From assembly GCA_046597055.1 (NCBI GenBank), contig JBKJLC010000193.1:1-40663 (forward strand): a stretch of 40,663 bases of DNA. Direction: 5' to 3'. The DNA is from Kofleriaceae bacterium (GTDB lineage: Bacteria > Myxococcota_A > Polyangia > Haliangiales > Haliangiaceae). The notes beneath the pieces were generated by a model. That model saw nothing but the letters and a program-made list of their open reading frames with translations, was not told where the DNA came from and ran no database searches. Made by a program: the position numbers and the translations under genes. Shown piece after piece: positions 1-11,213 of the stretch (position 1 is its first letter; every line of letters starts with the position of its first letter).

Positions 1-249
1 GCAGGAGAAGCCCGAGATGTAACGGGCCGTCTTGCCGTCGAGGGTCTTCGTGTCGATAAATGTCCGCGAGCAGTTGTTCGGACAGAAGTTGCAGCGCGTG
101 GTCTCGATCAGGCGATCAACATCGACTTCGTCTCGGTCAACGACGAGACCACGCGCTGCAACTTCTGCCCGAACAACTGCTCGCGAACGTTCATCGACAC
201 GAAGACCCTCGACGGCAAGACGGCCCGTTACATCTCGGGCTTCTCCTGC
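1..249. repeat. 106-bp inverted duplication (1-106 vs 144-249), probable contig-end fold-back chimera
   Basis: The reverse complement of 1-106 matches 144-249 at 102/106 positions. All four differences are synonymous third-codon positions of the activase gene. Confidence 0.9.
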
Positions 250-1866
250 GAGAAGGGCACCGTCGAGAACATGGACGCGCTCAAGCTGCTCAACAAAGAG
301 CGCCAGAAGCGCATGAAGCAGTACCCCAACCTCGTCGACTACGAGGCGAAGCTCGCGTTCAAGAGCTTCTACGAGCCGGCGAAGATGCCCGAGCACGGAA
401 CGGCCGTGAAGGACGTCGTCGTCAAGCGGACGCTCCTCGGAGCGGTCCGGCACAAGGAGATCGAGCGCCCGTTCCAGCGCGCGAGCGCTGACGTCTGGGC
501 CAAGCGTAAGGACACCCGCGTCGGTATCCCGCGCGTCCTGAACCTCTACTCGACCGGCCCGTTCTGGCGCACGTATCTCGAGGTCATCGGTCTCGACTCG
601 CGCAACGTCGTGTTCTCCGACGAGACGAGCGAAGAGATGTGGCAGGCCGGCTGCAAGTACGGCTCGGTCGATCCTTGCTACCCGAGCAAGGTCTGCCAGT
701 CGCACATCCACAATCTCCTCTTCAAGCACCACGAGAAGAAGCCGCTCAACTACATCTTCTTCCCCGCGATCACGCACATCCCGACGTTCATCGTGAACCA
801 GATGGATACGGCGAGCTGTCCGGTCGTCTCGGGCACGCCGAAGGTCATCCGCGCAGCGTTCACGAAGGAGACCGACTTCTTCGCCGAGCGCGGCATCAGC
901 TACCTCGATACGGCGGTGACGCTGAAGGAGCCGCTGATGTGCAAGAAGCAGATGTTCGACGAGTTCGGACCGCTGCTGGGCCTGACGCAGGACGAGAACG
1001 ACTTCGCGATCGACGAGGCGTTCAAGGCGGTGCAGGCGTTCGAGGACGAGATGGAGAAGAAGGGTCGCGAGATCCTGAGCCAGGTGACCGCGGAGAACCG
1101 CGTCGCCCTCGTCATGCTCGGCCGCCCGTATCACAACGACCCGGGCCTCAATCACTCGGTGCTCGAGGAGTTCCAGGCGCTCGGCTATCCGATCCTGTCG
1201 ATGCGGTCGCTGCCGCGTGACAAGCCGACGATGGACAAGCTGTTCGCCGAGGACATCGCGAAGGGCGTCATCGATAGCGGCCTCGACGTGAGCGACGTCT
1301 GGCCAGAGAACTACTCGACGAACTCCGTCCAGAAAGTCTGGGCAGCGAAGTACGCGTCGCGGCACCCGAACCTCGCGTGCCTCGATCTGTCGAGCTTCAA
1401 GTGCGGTCACGATGCGCCGACCTATGGCCTGATCGACTCGATCATCGCATCGGCGGGCAAGGCCTACTCGGCTCTGCATGACATCGACGCGAACAAGCCG
1501 AGCGGCTCGATCAAGATCCGCGTGAAGACGTACGCGTACACGCTGATGCTCCTCAAGGAGAAGCTCGAGGATCAGGCGACGAAGACGGTCGAGCTCGACA
1601 AGACTGTGACCATGAAGAAGCTCGAGCTGATGGTCTCGCTGCAGCAGAAGCTGGCCTCCGTGGGCCGCACGGACGACAAGCTCGACAGCGAAGTCAAAGC
1701 GCTCGAGCTGGTGGTAGGTGAGTGGGTGGTGAACGACGAGCTGAAGACGAGCGCCGGCAAGGGCAAGCGTGCCATCGGCCTCAACGTGATCAAAGACAAC
1801 GCAACGAGTGGCGCTGGTAGCAACGCCGCTGGAACCCTCGCAAAAGCCCGCTCGGAGCGGGAATAG
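100..1866 (+). CDS. CoA-substrate-specific enzyme activase / acyl-CoA dehydratase activase-related protein (DUF2229-type C-terminal part), 5'-truncated
   Basis: The frame is open upstream of ATG 271 and contains RCNFCPNNC...SCEKG. Further motifs: VGIPRVLN, DPCYPSKV, ASCPVV, LGRPYHNDPGLNH, SSFKCGHDA, HDIDANKPSGSIKIR. The N-terminal BadF-type ATPase domains lie outside the window. Confidence 0.85.
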   Translation, partial: GLDQAINIDFVSVNDETTRCNFCPNNCSRTFIDTKTLDGKTARYISGFSCEKGTVENMDALKLLNKERQKRMKQYPNLVDYEAKLAFKSFYEPAKMPEHGTAVKDVVVKRTLLGAVRHKEIERPFQRASADVWAKRKDTRVGIPRVLNLYSTGPFWRTYLEVIGLDSRNVVFSDETSEEMWQAGCKYGSVDPCYPSKVCQSHIHNLLFKHHEKKPLNYIFFPAITHIPTFIVNQMDTASCPVVSGTPKVIRAAFTKETDFFAERGISYLDTAVTLKEPLMCKKQMFDEFGPLLGLTQDENDFAIDEAFKAVQAFEDEMEKKGREILSQVTAENRVALVMLGRPYHNDPGLNHSVLEEFQALGYPILSMRSLPRDKPTMDKLFAEDIAKGVIDSGLDVSDVWPENYSTNSVQKVWAAKYASRHPNLACLDLSSFKCGHDAPTYGLIDSIIASAGKAYSALHDIDANKPSGSIKIRVKTYAYTLMLLKEKLEDQATKTVELDKTVTMKKLELMVSLQQKLASVGRTDDKLDSEVKALELVVGEWVVNDELKTSAGKGKRAIGLNVIKDNATSGAGSNAAGTLAKARSERE

Positions 1867-1888
1867 ACTCTCGGCCAAGGAAACGAAC

Positions 1889-3736
<1,848 letters not shown>

Positions 3737-3764
3737 CGACGCGCGCGGGCCCCGGGCCCGCCTG

Positions 3765-3804
3765 ACGACGACGGGGAGGCGGCATCGCCTCCCCGTCGTC
3801 GTTT
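3765..3804 (+). terminator. Probable intrinsic terminator hairpin
   Basis: Perfect 17-bp stem acgacgacggggaggcg / cgcctccccgtcgtcgt with a 4-nt loop and a short T run, ~30 nt after the stop codon. Confidence 0.65.
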
Positions 3805-3871
3805 CGGGGCGAGCCGGGGTCGTGGCGACAGGACGCTTGCAGCGCCCGCAGCGCCGCGGCAGAGTGCGCCC

Positions 3872-4363
3872 GTGCCCATCCGCGACCGTCTCGATCGTCT
3901 CCGTGATGCTGGCTGGCGCGCGATCGCCGGCGGCGATGGCTCGCTCACCAGCACCGTCCGCAAGGTGAATGACGCGCTGGGGCGGCCGCTGGCGCCGGCC
4001 GACGAGCTGGCCGACCGACGGGCGTTCGAGCAGGGCTACGCCGGGGCCGCCCCCAAGGCGGGGGCCGCCGTGTCGTCGGCGCCGGTGACGGCCGCGCCGG
4101 TCGCGGCGCCGGTGTTCGTCTACTACTTCAAGGACAAGCAGTGGCGGGACGCCGGCAAGCTGACCGAGGTCCTGGATGCCAATGGCGTGCCCTACAAGCT
4201 CGTGAACCTCGAGGGCGACGAGGCGACCCAGGCCGCGGTCCGGCGCGACGCCAAGGGCCGGGGTGGCCCGCTGTGCTTCATCACCGGCGAGTGCGTCGGC
4301 GGCCGGGCCGAGCTGGTGAACCTGGCCCAGAACGGCGGCCTCAAGCGCCGGGTCTTCGGCTGA
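3872..4363 (+). CDS. Glutaredoxin-like domain protein lacking the active-site Cys motif
   Basis: The C-terminal part (VFVYY...VLDANGVPYKLVNL...PLCFITGECVGG..EL..L...G.L) follows the Grx pattern. An N-terminal helical segment and an Ala/Pro linker precede it. Confidence 0.65.
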   Translation: MPIRDRLDRLRDAGWRAIAGGDGSLTSTVRKVNDALGRPLAPADELADRRAFEQGYAGAAPKAGAAVSSAPVTAAPVAAPVFVYYFKDKQWRDAGKLTEVLDANGVPYKLVNLEGDEATQAAVRRDAKGRGGPLCFITGECVGGRAELVNLAQNGGLKRRVFG

Positions 4364-4432
4364 TCGCGCGCGGGGCCCGCGACCTTCTTCGTGGTTGCCG
4401 AATGGCCAGCGCGTCGCTACGTTCTCGCGCCA

Positions 4433-5080
4433 ATGCCGGAACTATCTTCGAAGCTGGCCAAGGACCTCGGGGTCAAGGTCAAGGCTGCCATCGATCGCGC
4501 TGACGAGCTCGGTGGCGACGTTCGCGACTACCTCACCGACCGCTGGCAGAACGACCCGCGGTTCGCGCACATGCGTGATCGGGTCGCGCGGATGCGGGGC
4601 CAGACCGTCGCGGTGGCCGCACCCAAGCCGGCCGCACCCACGGCGGTCGCCGCCGCCCCGGCGGCCGCGCCGGTCGCCAAGGTCGCGCAGGTCGGCCTCG
4701 GCAACCCGTCGCTGCCGGCGCAGATCTACGGCAAGAAGAGCTGCGCGTGGACCGGCCGCGCGATGACGGTGCTCGAGAAGCGTAACGTCGACTACGACTT
4801 CATCGACATGGAGGAGCCGGAGCACGAGAAGTACCTGCCGCTCCTCGCGACCGAGACCCACCAGCAGACGGTCCCGTACGTCTACCTGCGCGGCCAGTTC
4901 ATCGGCGGCTACAACGCCCTGGCCGAGGTCGAGCGGCTCGGGCAGCTCGAGTTCGCGCTGATGTCGCCCGAGCAGCGGGCGGCGGCGCCGGCCCACCTGA
5001 AGATGGTCGAGATCGCGGCCCGGCCGAACACCGACGAGGTGGCGCCGGCCGAGTCCGAAGGCTCGACCGCGGCCGAGTGA
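4433..5080 (+). CDS. Monothiol-type glutaredoxin domain protein
   Basis: IYGKKSCAWT, VDYDFIDM and TVPYVYLRGQFIGG match Grx motifs. An N-terminal helical extension and AP linker are present. Confidence 0.8.
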   Translation: MPELSSKLAKDLGVKVKAAIDRADELGGDVRDYLTDRWQNDPRFAHMRDRVARMRGQTVAVAAPKPAAPTAVAAAPAAAPVAKVAQVGLGNPSLPAQIYGKKSCAWTGRAMTVLEKRNVDYDFIDMEEPEHEKYLPLLATETHQQTVPYVYLRGQFIGGYNALAEVERLGQLEFALMSPEQRAAAPAHLKMVEIAARPNTDEVAPAESEGSTAAE

Positions 5081-5096
5081 CCGGAGCCCCCCGCGC

Positions 5097-5846
5097 ATGA
5101 TGGAAGCCCTCGCCAACCCTGACGCCTGGATCGCGCTGGCGACGCTGACGGCGATGGAGATCGTCCTCGGCATCGACAACATCGTCTTCATCTCGATCCT
5201 GGTCGGGCGGCTGCCGCCCGACCAGCGGGTCTGGGTGCGCCAGGTCGGCCTGATCGGCGCGCTGGTGATGCGGCTGGGCCTGTTGTTCGCGCTGTCGTGG
5301 ATCATGCGGCTGACCGAGCCGCTGTTCACCGTGCTCGGCCACGGCCTGTCGGGCCGCGACCTGATCATGCTCGGCGGCGGCACCTTCTTGATCGGCAAGG
5401 CCACGCTCGAGATCCATCACAAGCTGGAGGGCGAAGCAGCGCCGCAGACCGCCGGCCAGGCGGGGCGGGCCACGAGCATGGTGATCGCGCAGATCATGCT
5501 GGTCGACATCGTGTTCAGCCTCGACTCGGTGATCACCGCGGTCGGCATGGCCAAGCAGCTGTGGGTGATGGTGACCGCGATGATCCTGGCGGTCGCCGTG
5601 ATGCTCGTCTTCGCGGGCCGGGTCGGCGACTTCGTCGAGCGTCACCCGTCGGTGAAGATCCTGGCGCTGTCGTTCCTGATCCTGATCGGCGTGCTCCTCA
5701 CCGCCGAGGGGCTCGGCCAGCACGTCAACAAGGGCTACGTGTACTTCGCCATGGGCTTCTCGTTGACGGTCGAGCTCATCAACATCCGCCGCACCAAGGG
5801 CACCAAGCCGGTCCAGCTGCACACGAACGCCCCGTCCGCCGGCTGA
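5097..5846 (+). CDS. TerC family integral membrane protein
   Basis: EIVLGIDNIVFI, DIVFSLDSVITAVGM and HPSVKILALSFLILIG signatures. Confidence 0.93.
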   Translation: MMEALANPDAWIALATLTAMEIVLGIDNIVFISILVGRLPPDQRVWVRQVGLIGALVMRLGLLFALSWIMRLTEPLFTVLGHGLSGRDLIMLGGGTFLIGKATLEIHHKLEGEAAPQTAGQAGRATSMVIAQIMLVDIVFSLDSVITAVGMAKQLWVMVTAMILAVAVMLVFAGRVGDFVERHPSVKILALSFLILIGVLLTAEGLGQHVNKGYVYFAMGFSLTVELINIRRTKGTKPVQLHTNAPSAG

Positions 5847-5875
5847 CCGGCGGGGCGGGCGCCATCGGGGCGGCG

Positions 5876-7345
5876 CTACCAGGCGACCTGGGCCTGCAGC
5901 TTGAAGACGTCGCGGTCGGGGTCGGTGACCAGCGGGACCTGGCCGGCGCGCAGGCGGATCTTGTCGCCGTACCAGTAGTGCGAGTACTGGACGGCGAGCT
6001 CGCCCCAGTCGGCGAGCGGGAACGCGACCTTCGGTGACAGCACGCGGAAGCTGTTGTCGGCGTCGTAGAGGTCGAGGATCACGCGATCGAAGCGGGCCGA
6101 CAGCCGCACGCCGGCGTGGACGAGGTAGCTCGGCTCCACGCCCCACTTGAGGTACATGCGGCGGTCGCGGTTGATCACCGGATCCATCTCGTCGACCTGA
6201 TCCGAGCGGACCCAGGTGGCGAGGCCGAACGCGCGCAGCCCGATCCGGTCGGTGAGGCGGGTCGGGACGTCGGCGGCCAGGGTGTACATGCGGCCGGTGC
6301 CGTCGTTGCTCGACTCGAGGCCGAGGAAGTTCTCGGTCAGGCCGCGGCCGCCGGTCGAGTGCATGACCTCGAGCGCGGGGGCCAGGTAGAGCACCTTGTC
6401 CAGGTCGTAGAAGGCGAACGCCGCGTAGGCCGCGCCGAGCTCGCGCGGCAGCGGCGCGCGGACGTCGACGCCGGCGACCCACATGGTGCCGTCCTGGATC
6501 GGGCTGAGCTGGCGGACGTCGCGGGTCCACGTGCGCAGCAGGTAGGCGCCGAGGGTGGCGGGGCCGACCGGGTAGCTGCCCGCGAGGTTGGCGATCGGGG
6601 TCAGGCCCTGGTTCTGCTGCAGCTGGGCCTGGTGGAGGCCGATGCCGGTCTGGACCGTGCCACCGCCGGGCAGCTGGTAGGCGAGCTTGACGCCGCCCTG
6701 GTGGGTGCGGCCGAACACGTAGGTGTCGTAGGGCTCGAGGTGGCCGAAGCGATCCCAGAACACGCCGAGCTGGACCGTGAGCGGATCGTGGCCGAGGAAG
6801 CGGCGCGCGGTGACGCTGGCCTGCGCGATGCCGAGCTGGTTCTCGAGCTCGGGCGACGCGTAGTCGCTGTACAGCGAGGCGAACAGGCCGAACTCGACCC
6901 GGTAGTCGCCGCGGCTCGCCGAGAAGAACAGCTCCGACCAGTCGGGCTCGTACAGGCGGGTATAGGCGAAGCCCGACAGGTAGTAGTCGTTGTCGATCAG
7001 GAACGGTTCGCGCGGGGTGCCCTGGGTCGCGAGCGGCATGCGCGCGTAGCCGTGGAGCTCGAAGCGGACGCCGTTCACGTCGACGCTGACCGGGGCCACC
7101 GGCGCGGTCGGGGCGGTCGGGGCGGTGACGTCGACGGTCACCGACGCGTCGGCCGCGGGGGTCTCGATCGGCGCGGTCGTGACCACGGTGGCGGCGGCGG
7201 TGACCGGCGCGTCGTCAGCGCGCGAGGCCGGCGCCGGGTCGGCAGCGGGCTCGGTCGCGTCGTCGGCGGATTGGGCGGTGACGTGGCCGGCGCGCAGCAG
7301 GCACGGCAGGCCGAGGAGGACGAGGAGGCCAGGGCGCATGATCAT
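5876..7345 (-). CDS. Outer-membrane beta-barrel, LamB/maltoporin-like carbohydrate porin
   Basis: Signal peptide, then an Ala/Pro/Thr linker, then FELHGYARMP (cf. LamB VDFHGYARS). Alternating aromatic strands, ending in KLQAQVAW. The start overlaps the upstream stop (ATGA); alternative start at 7339. Confidence 0.7.
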   Translation of the reverse strand: MIMRPGLLVLLGLPCLLRAGHVTAQSADDATEPAADPAPASRADDAPVTAAATVVTTAPIETPAADASVTVDVTAPTAPTAPVAPVSVDVNGVRFELHGYARMPLATQGTPREPFLIDNDYYLSGFAYTRLYEPDWSELFFSASRGDYRVEFGLFASLYSDYASPELENQLGIAQASVTARRFLGHDPLTVQLGVFWDRFGHLEPYDTYVFGRTHQGGVKLAYQLPGGGTVQTGIGLHQAQLQQNQGLTPIANLAGSYPVGPATLGAYLLRTWTRDVRQLSPIQDGTMWVAGVDVRAPLPRELGAAYAAFAFYDLDKVLYLAPALEVMHSTGGRGLTENFLGLESSNDGTGRMYTLAADVPTRLTDRIGLRAFGLATWVRSDQVDEMDPVINRDRRMYLKWGVEPSYLVHAGVRLSARFDRVILDLYDADNSFRVLSPKVAFPLADWGELAVQYSHYWYGDKIRLRAGQVPLVTDPDRDVFKLQAQVAW

Positions 7346-9546
7346 CTCCTGAGCTGGGCGGTGCACGCCGGCAGCTCGGCGGCGGTGAGGAAGCCCGAGG
7401 CGACCAGGCGGCCGACGTCGCCCGGCCGGATCACCTCGACCCGGACCGCAGCCACCGGCACCGGGCGGCCGGCCAGGATCACGGTCGCGGCAGTGGCGCC
7501 GGGGTCGGGGCGCTCGCCGCGGATCAGCCGGGCCGCGACCTCGATCGCGGTCTCGGCCAGCGGCTGGATGTCCTTGAGCACCTCGATCGTCTGCTTGCCC
7601 TGGCACACGAAGTCGACGTTGGCGGCGTCGGCATCGGCGCCGGCGATGAACACGCCGGTGAGCCCGGCGGCGTCGATCGCCTGGACCGCGCCCCGCGCCA
7701 TCCCCGAGTTGTTGGCGAGGATCGCGTCGACCCGACCGCCGGCGCGGGCCAGCGCGTCCTCGACGGTGCGCAGCGCCTGCTCGGGCGACCACGCGCTGTG
7801 GCTCTGGCGCACGACGATCTCGAGGTCGCCGCGGGCGAGGTAGGGCCCCAGGACGTCGTCGTAGCCCCGGGTGATCTCGGTCGCGACGCTGTGGCCGGCC
7901 TGGCCGGTCAGCAGCACGTAGCGGCCGCGGCCGCCGGTGGCGGCGATCGCCGCCTCGGCCTGGAGCACGCCGACCCGGTAGCTGTCGTGCGACACGTAGT
8001 AGTCGAGGTCGGCGCTGACGATCGCGCGGTCGTACGCGATCACCTTGGCGCCACGCTCGTGGGCGAGCCGGACGTAGGTCGAGGCCGCCTTGCTGTCGGT
8101 CGGCTGGATCACCAGCACCTTGGCGCCGCGGCTGAGCACGTCCTCGACCTGCGCGATCTGGCGGGCGTTGTCGTTGTCGGCGGCCAGCGTCACCACCCGG
8201 AGCCCGAGCGCAGCTGCGCGGGCCTCGAAGTAGCGCTGGTCTTTCTGGTAGCGCTCCTCCTGCAGGGTCGACAGCAGGAACGCGACCTGCGGGCGCGCCG
8301 CCGGGGCCTTCGAGGCGAGCGCGGCGGTCACCACCATCAGCACCACCACGACCGCGAGCGAGCGGTAGAGCACGCGGCCGCCGCCCTTCGACAGCACGTC
8401 GAACAGGACCGCCGTCATCAGGATCAGCCCCTTCGCGATCAGCTGCCAGTTGGAGTCGACGGCGAGGAGGTTCATGCCGTTGGCCAGGGTGCCGAACACC
8501 AGCGCGCCGAGCAGCGTGCCGATCACCGAGCCGCGGCCGCCGAGCAGGCTGGTGCCGCCGATCACGACCGCGGTGATCACGTCGAGCTCGAGCAGCTGGC
8601 CCTGGCTGCCCGGGGTCACGCCGTTGACCCGGCCGGCCAGCAGCACGCCGGCGACCGCGGTCAGCACCCCGACGATCACGTAGACCCAGACCGTCACCCG
8701 GCGGACGTCCACGCCGGCGAGCCGGGCTGCCTCGGGGTTGCCGCCGACCGCGTACAGGTGGCGGCCGAAACGGGTGCGGCGGGTGAGGAAGGCGCCGCCG
8801 AGCACGACGATCGCCGCGACCAGCACCGGCACCGGGATGCCGCGGCCGCCGAAGATCCGCAGCACGAACGCGGCCAGGCCGAGCGGCCCGAGCACGCGCG
8901 CGGCCAGCACCACGCCCGGGGGGGGCGTGAGCCCGTGCGCGCGGCGACGCGCGGCGTCGCGGAGCGTCATGGTGATGCCGGCGGCGGCCGCGCCGAGCAC
9001 CAGCGCCCAGGTCGCGCTCACCGGCAGCGCGGCGGTGACGAACCCGAAGTCCTCGTGCATCGGCGCCAGGCCGCGCGCGTCGGACAGGACCAGCCCGAGG
9101 CCGCGGAAGGCGTTGAACCCGGCCAGCGTCACCACGAACGCCGGCAGGCCCAGGCGCGCGATCCACAGGCCTTGCCAAACGCCGATCGCCGCGCCGCAGG
9201 CGAGGGCGGCCGCGATCGCGACCGGCGCCGACACCCCGAGGCGCAGCTGCAGGAGCGCGGCGACCACGCCGGTGAGCGCGACCCCGGCGCCGACCGAGAG
9301 ATCGATGCCGCGGATGACGATCACCAGCGTCATGCCGACCGCGACCACCAGGATGTGCGCGTTCTGGGTGAGCAGGGTGGCGAGGTTGCGCTCGGTGAGG
9401 AACACGCCGCGGGTCGCCGGCAGGACCGCGAGCAGGACCCACAGCAGCAGCAGCACGCCGGCCATCGCCCCTGCGTTCAGATCGAGCTTGCGGGCCGGCG
9501 GCAACGGCGCGTGTCGGGGTGCCTCGGCGTTGCGTTCGAGTTTCAC
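7342..9546 (-). CDS. Fused CUT2 sugar ABC permease (XylH/RbsC-like) + periplasmic sugar-binding protein (XylF-like)
   Basis: Permease motifs GIDLSVG, TRFGRHLYAVGGNPEAARLAG and ELDVITAVVIGGTSLLGGRG. One extra TM helix follows, then the SBP (QEERYQKD, VIAYDR, DAILANN, GADAD). Confidence 0.88.
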   Translation of the reverse strand: MKLERNAEAPRHAPLPPARKLDLNAGAMAGVLLLLWVLLAVLPATRGVFLTERNLATLLTQNAHILVVAVGMTLVIVIRGIDLSVGAGVALTGVVAALLQLRLGVSAPVAIAAALACGAAIGVWQGLWIARLGLPAFVVTLAGFNAFRGLGLVLSDARGLAPMHEDFGFVTAALPVSATWALVLGAAAAGITMTLRDAARRRAHGLTPPPGVVLAARVLGPLGLAAFVLRIFGGRGIPVPVLVAAIVVLGGAFLTRRTRFGRHLYAVGGNPEAARLAGVDVRRVTVWVYVIVGVLTAVAGVLLAGRVNGVTPGSQGQLLELDVITAVVIGGTSLLGGRGSVIGTLLGALVFGTLANGMNLLAVDSNWQLIAKGLILMTAVLFDVLSKGGGRVLYRSLAVVVVLMVVTAALASKAPAARPQVAFLLSTLQEERYQKDQRYFEARAAALGLRVVTLAADNDNARQIAQVEDVLSRGAKVLVIQPTDSKAASTYVRLAHERGAKVIAYDRAIVSADLDYYVSHDSYRVGVLQAEAAIAATGGRGRYVLLTGQAGHSVATEITRGYDDVLGPYLARGDLEIVVRQSHSAWSPEQALRTVEDALARAGGRVDAILANNSGMARGAVQAIDAAGLTGVFIAGADADAANVDFVCQGKQTIEVLKDIQPLAETAIEVAARLIRGERPDPGATAATVILAGRPVPVAAVRVEVIRPGDVGRLVASGFLTAAELPACTAQLRR

Positions 9547-11213
9547 GCGTAGGTCTCCGTGACCGGGATGGGCAGGTTGGCGAGCGCGAGCCGCATGATC
9601 GCGAGGCCGGTGGCGGCACCGCGCGCGAGCTCGCCGGCGAGGCGACCATCGCGCAGGACCAGGACGCGGTCGGCGAGGTGCACGATCTCGGGTAGATCCG
9701 ACGAGGCGATCACGACCGCGTGGCCGCGGCCGGCGAGATCCCGGATCAACCGGTAGATCTCGGCCTTGGCGCCGACGTCGACGCCGCGGGTCGGCTCGTC
9801 GAGCAGGAGCACCCGCGGCGCCATCTCGAGCCAGCGGCCGATCACGACCTTCTGCTGGTTGCCACCCGACAGGGTCGCGACCTCGGCGCCGAGCCCGGGC
9901 ACCTTGATCCGCAGCTCCTGGACCTGCGCGGCCGCGGCGGCCTCGACCCGGGCGCCGTCGACGACGCCCCAGCGCGCGTGACGCCCGAGCGCGGCCAGCC
10001 CGAGGTTGTCGGTGACGGTGAGCCCCAGCACCAGGCCGGCCCCCTTGCGATCCTCGGGCACCAGCGCCAGCCCGGCGGCGATCGCGGCGCGCGGGGCGCG
10101 GGTGTCGACCGGTCGACCGTCGATCAAGACGGTCCCGGTGGTCGGCGTGCGCGCCAGCCCGAACAGCGCCGACAGCGTGGCGGTACGGCCGGCGCCCATC
10201 GCGCCGGCGAGCGCGACGATCTCGCCGGCGTGCACGCAGAACGACAGGTCGCAGACCACGGCGTGCTCGGGGCGCACCGCGTGGGCGACGGTGAGCCCGC
10301 GCACCTCGAGCACCGGGGGCGCGGCGTCGGCCACCTCGATGCGGCAGGGCGTCCGGCTGGGCGACCCGGGCTCGCGGCCGGTCATCAGCTCGACCAGCTC
10401 GTCGGCGCAGGTGTCGGCGGTGACGCGGATCGCGACCAGCTGGCCGTCGCGCAGGACCGCGACCCGGTCGGTCAGCGCCAGGATCTCGTCGAGGTGGTGC
10501 GAGATGTAGACGAAGGACGCGCCGGCGGTGCGCCGGGCCCGGACCAGCTCGAACAGGCGCTCGGTCTCGGTGGCGGTGAGCGCCGCGGTCGGCTCGTCGA
10601 GGACGATCAGCCCGCCGGGCCCGGTGTCGTCGCCGAGCGCGCGCGCGATCTCGAGGATCTGCTGGACCCCGACGCCGAGCTGGCCGGCGGGTGCGCGGAC
10701 GTCGAGGTCGGCCGCGAGCTCGCCGGCGACCCGGCGCAGGAGCGCGCGCGCCGCGGCCTCGCTGGCGGCCTCGTCGATCAGGCCGAACCGGGTGCGCTCC
10801 CGGCCGAGCAGCAGGTTGTCGGCGACCGACATCTCGAGGCAGAGGCTCAGCTCCTGGTGGACCACGGCGATGCCGGCGCGGCGGGCGTCGCGGGTGGAGC
10901 CGAATGCCTGAGGTCGGCCGCCGACGTGGAGCTCGCCGCGGAAGCTGCCGGCCGGGTAGACGCCGCCGAGGATCTTGATCAGCGTGGACTTGCCGGCGCC
11001 GTTCTCACCGACGAGGCCGAGCACCTCGCCGGCCTCGATCGCCAGCGACACGTCGGCGAGCGCGCGCACGCCGGGGAAGTCCTTGGTGATGCCGCGCAGC
11101 TCGATCCGCGGCGCGCGGGTGGCCTCCATCCCGGGCGCCAGCAGGACGCCCTCCATGACCACGGAAGGGCTGGTTCGATCAACCGGCTCCGGACGAACCG
11201 GGGCGGCGGTCAC
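9543..11213 (-). CDS. CUT2 sugar ABC transporter ATP-binding protein (XylG/RbsA-like, two NBDs)
   Basis: GENGAGKSTL, LDEPTAAL, LSGGNQQKV and LDEPTRGVDVGAK. GTGA overlaps with both neighbours. Confidence 0.93.
   Translation of the reverse strand: MTAAPVRPEPVDRTSPSVVMEGVLLAPGMEATRAPRIELRGITKDFPGVRALADVSLAIEAGEVLGLVGENGAGKSTLIKILGGVYPAGSFRGELHVGGRPQAFGSTRDARRAGIAVVHQELSLCLEMSVADNLLLGRERTRFGLIDEAASEAAARALLRRVAGELAADLDVRAPAGQLGVGVQQILEIARALGDDTGPGGLIVLDEPTAALTATETERLFELVRARRTAGASFVYISHHLDEILALTDRVAVLRDGQLVAIRVTADTCADELVELMTGREPGSPSRTPCRIEVADAAPPVLEVRGLTVAHAVRPEHAVVCDLSFCVHAGEIVALAGAMGAGRTATLSALFGLARTPTTGTVLIDGRPVDTRAPRAAIAAGLALVPEDRKGAGLVLGLTVTDNLGLAALGRHARWGVVDGARVEAAAAAQVQELRIKVPGLGAEVATLSGGNQQKVVIGRWLEMAPRVLLLDEPTRGVDVGAKAEIYRLIRDLAGRGHAVVIASSDLPEIVHLADRVLVLRDGRLAGELARGAATGLAIMRLALANLPIPVTETYA

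Noticed and set aside
3872..5080. Selenocysteine recoding in the glutaredoxin-like genes
   Set aside because: There is no in-frame TGA at an active-site position.
5876..9649. 1257-aa ORF
   Set aside because: The first ~770 aa are an Arg/Gly-rich off-frame read of the permease-SBP gene. Only 7345-5876 is a real protein, with a signal peptide and an AGGAG RBS.
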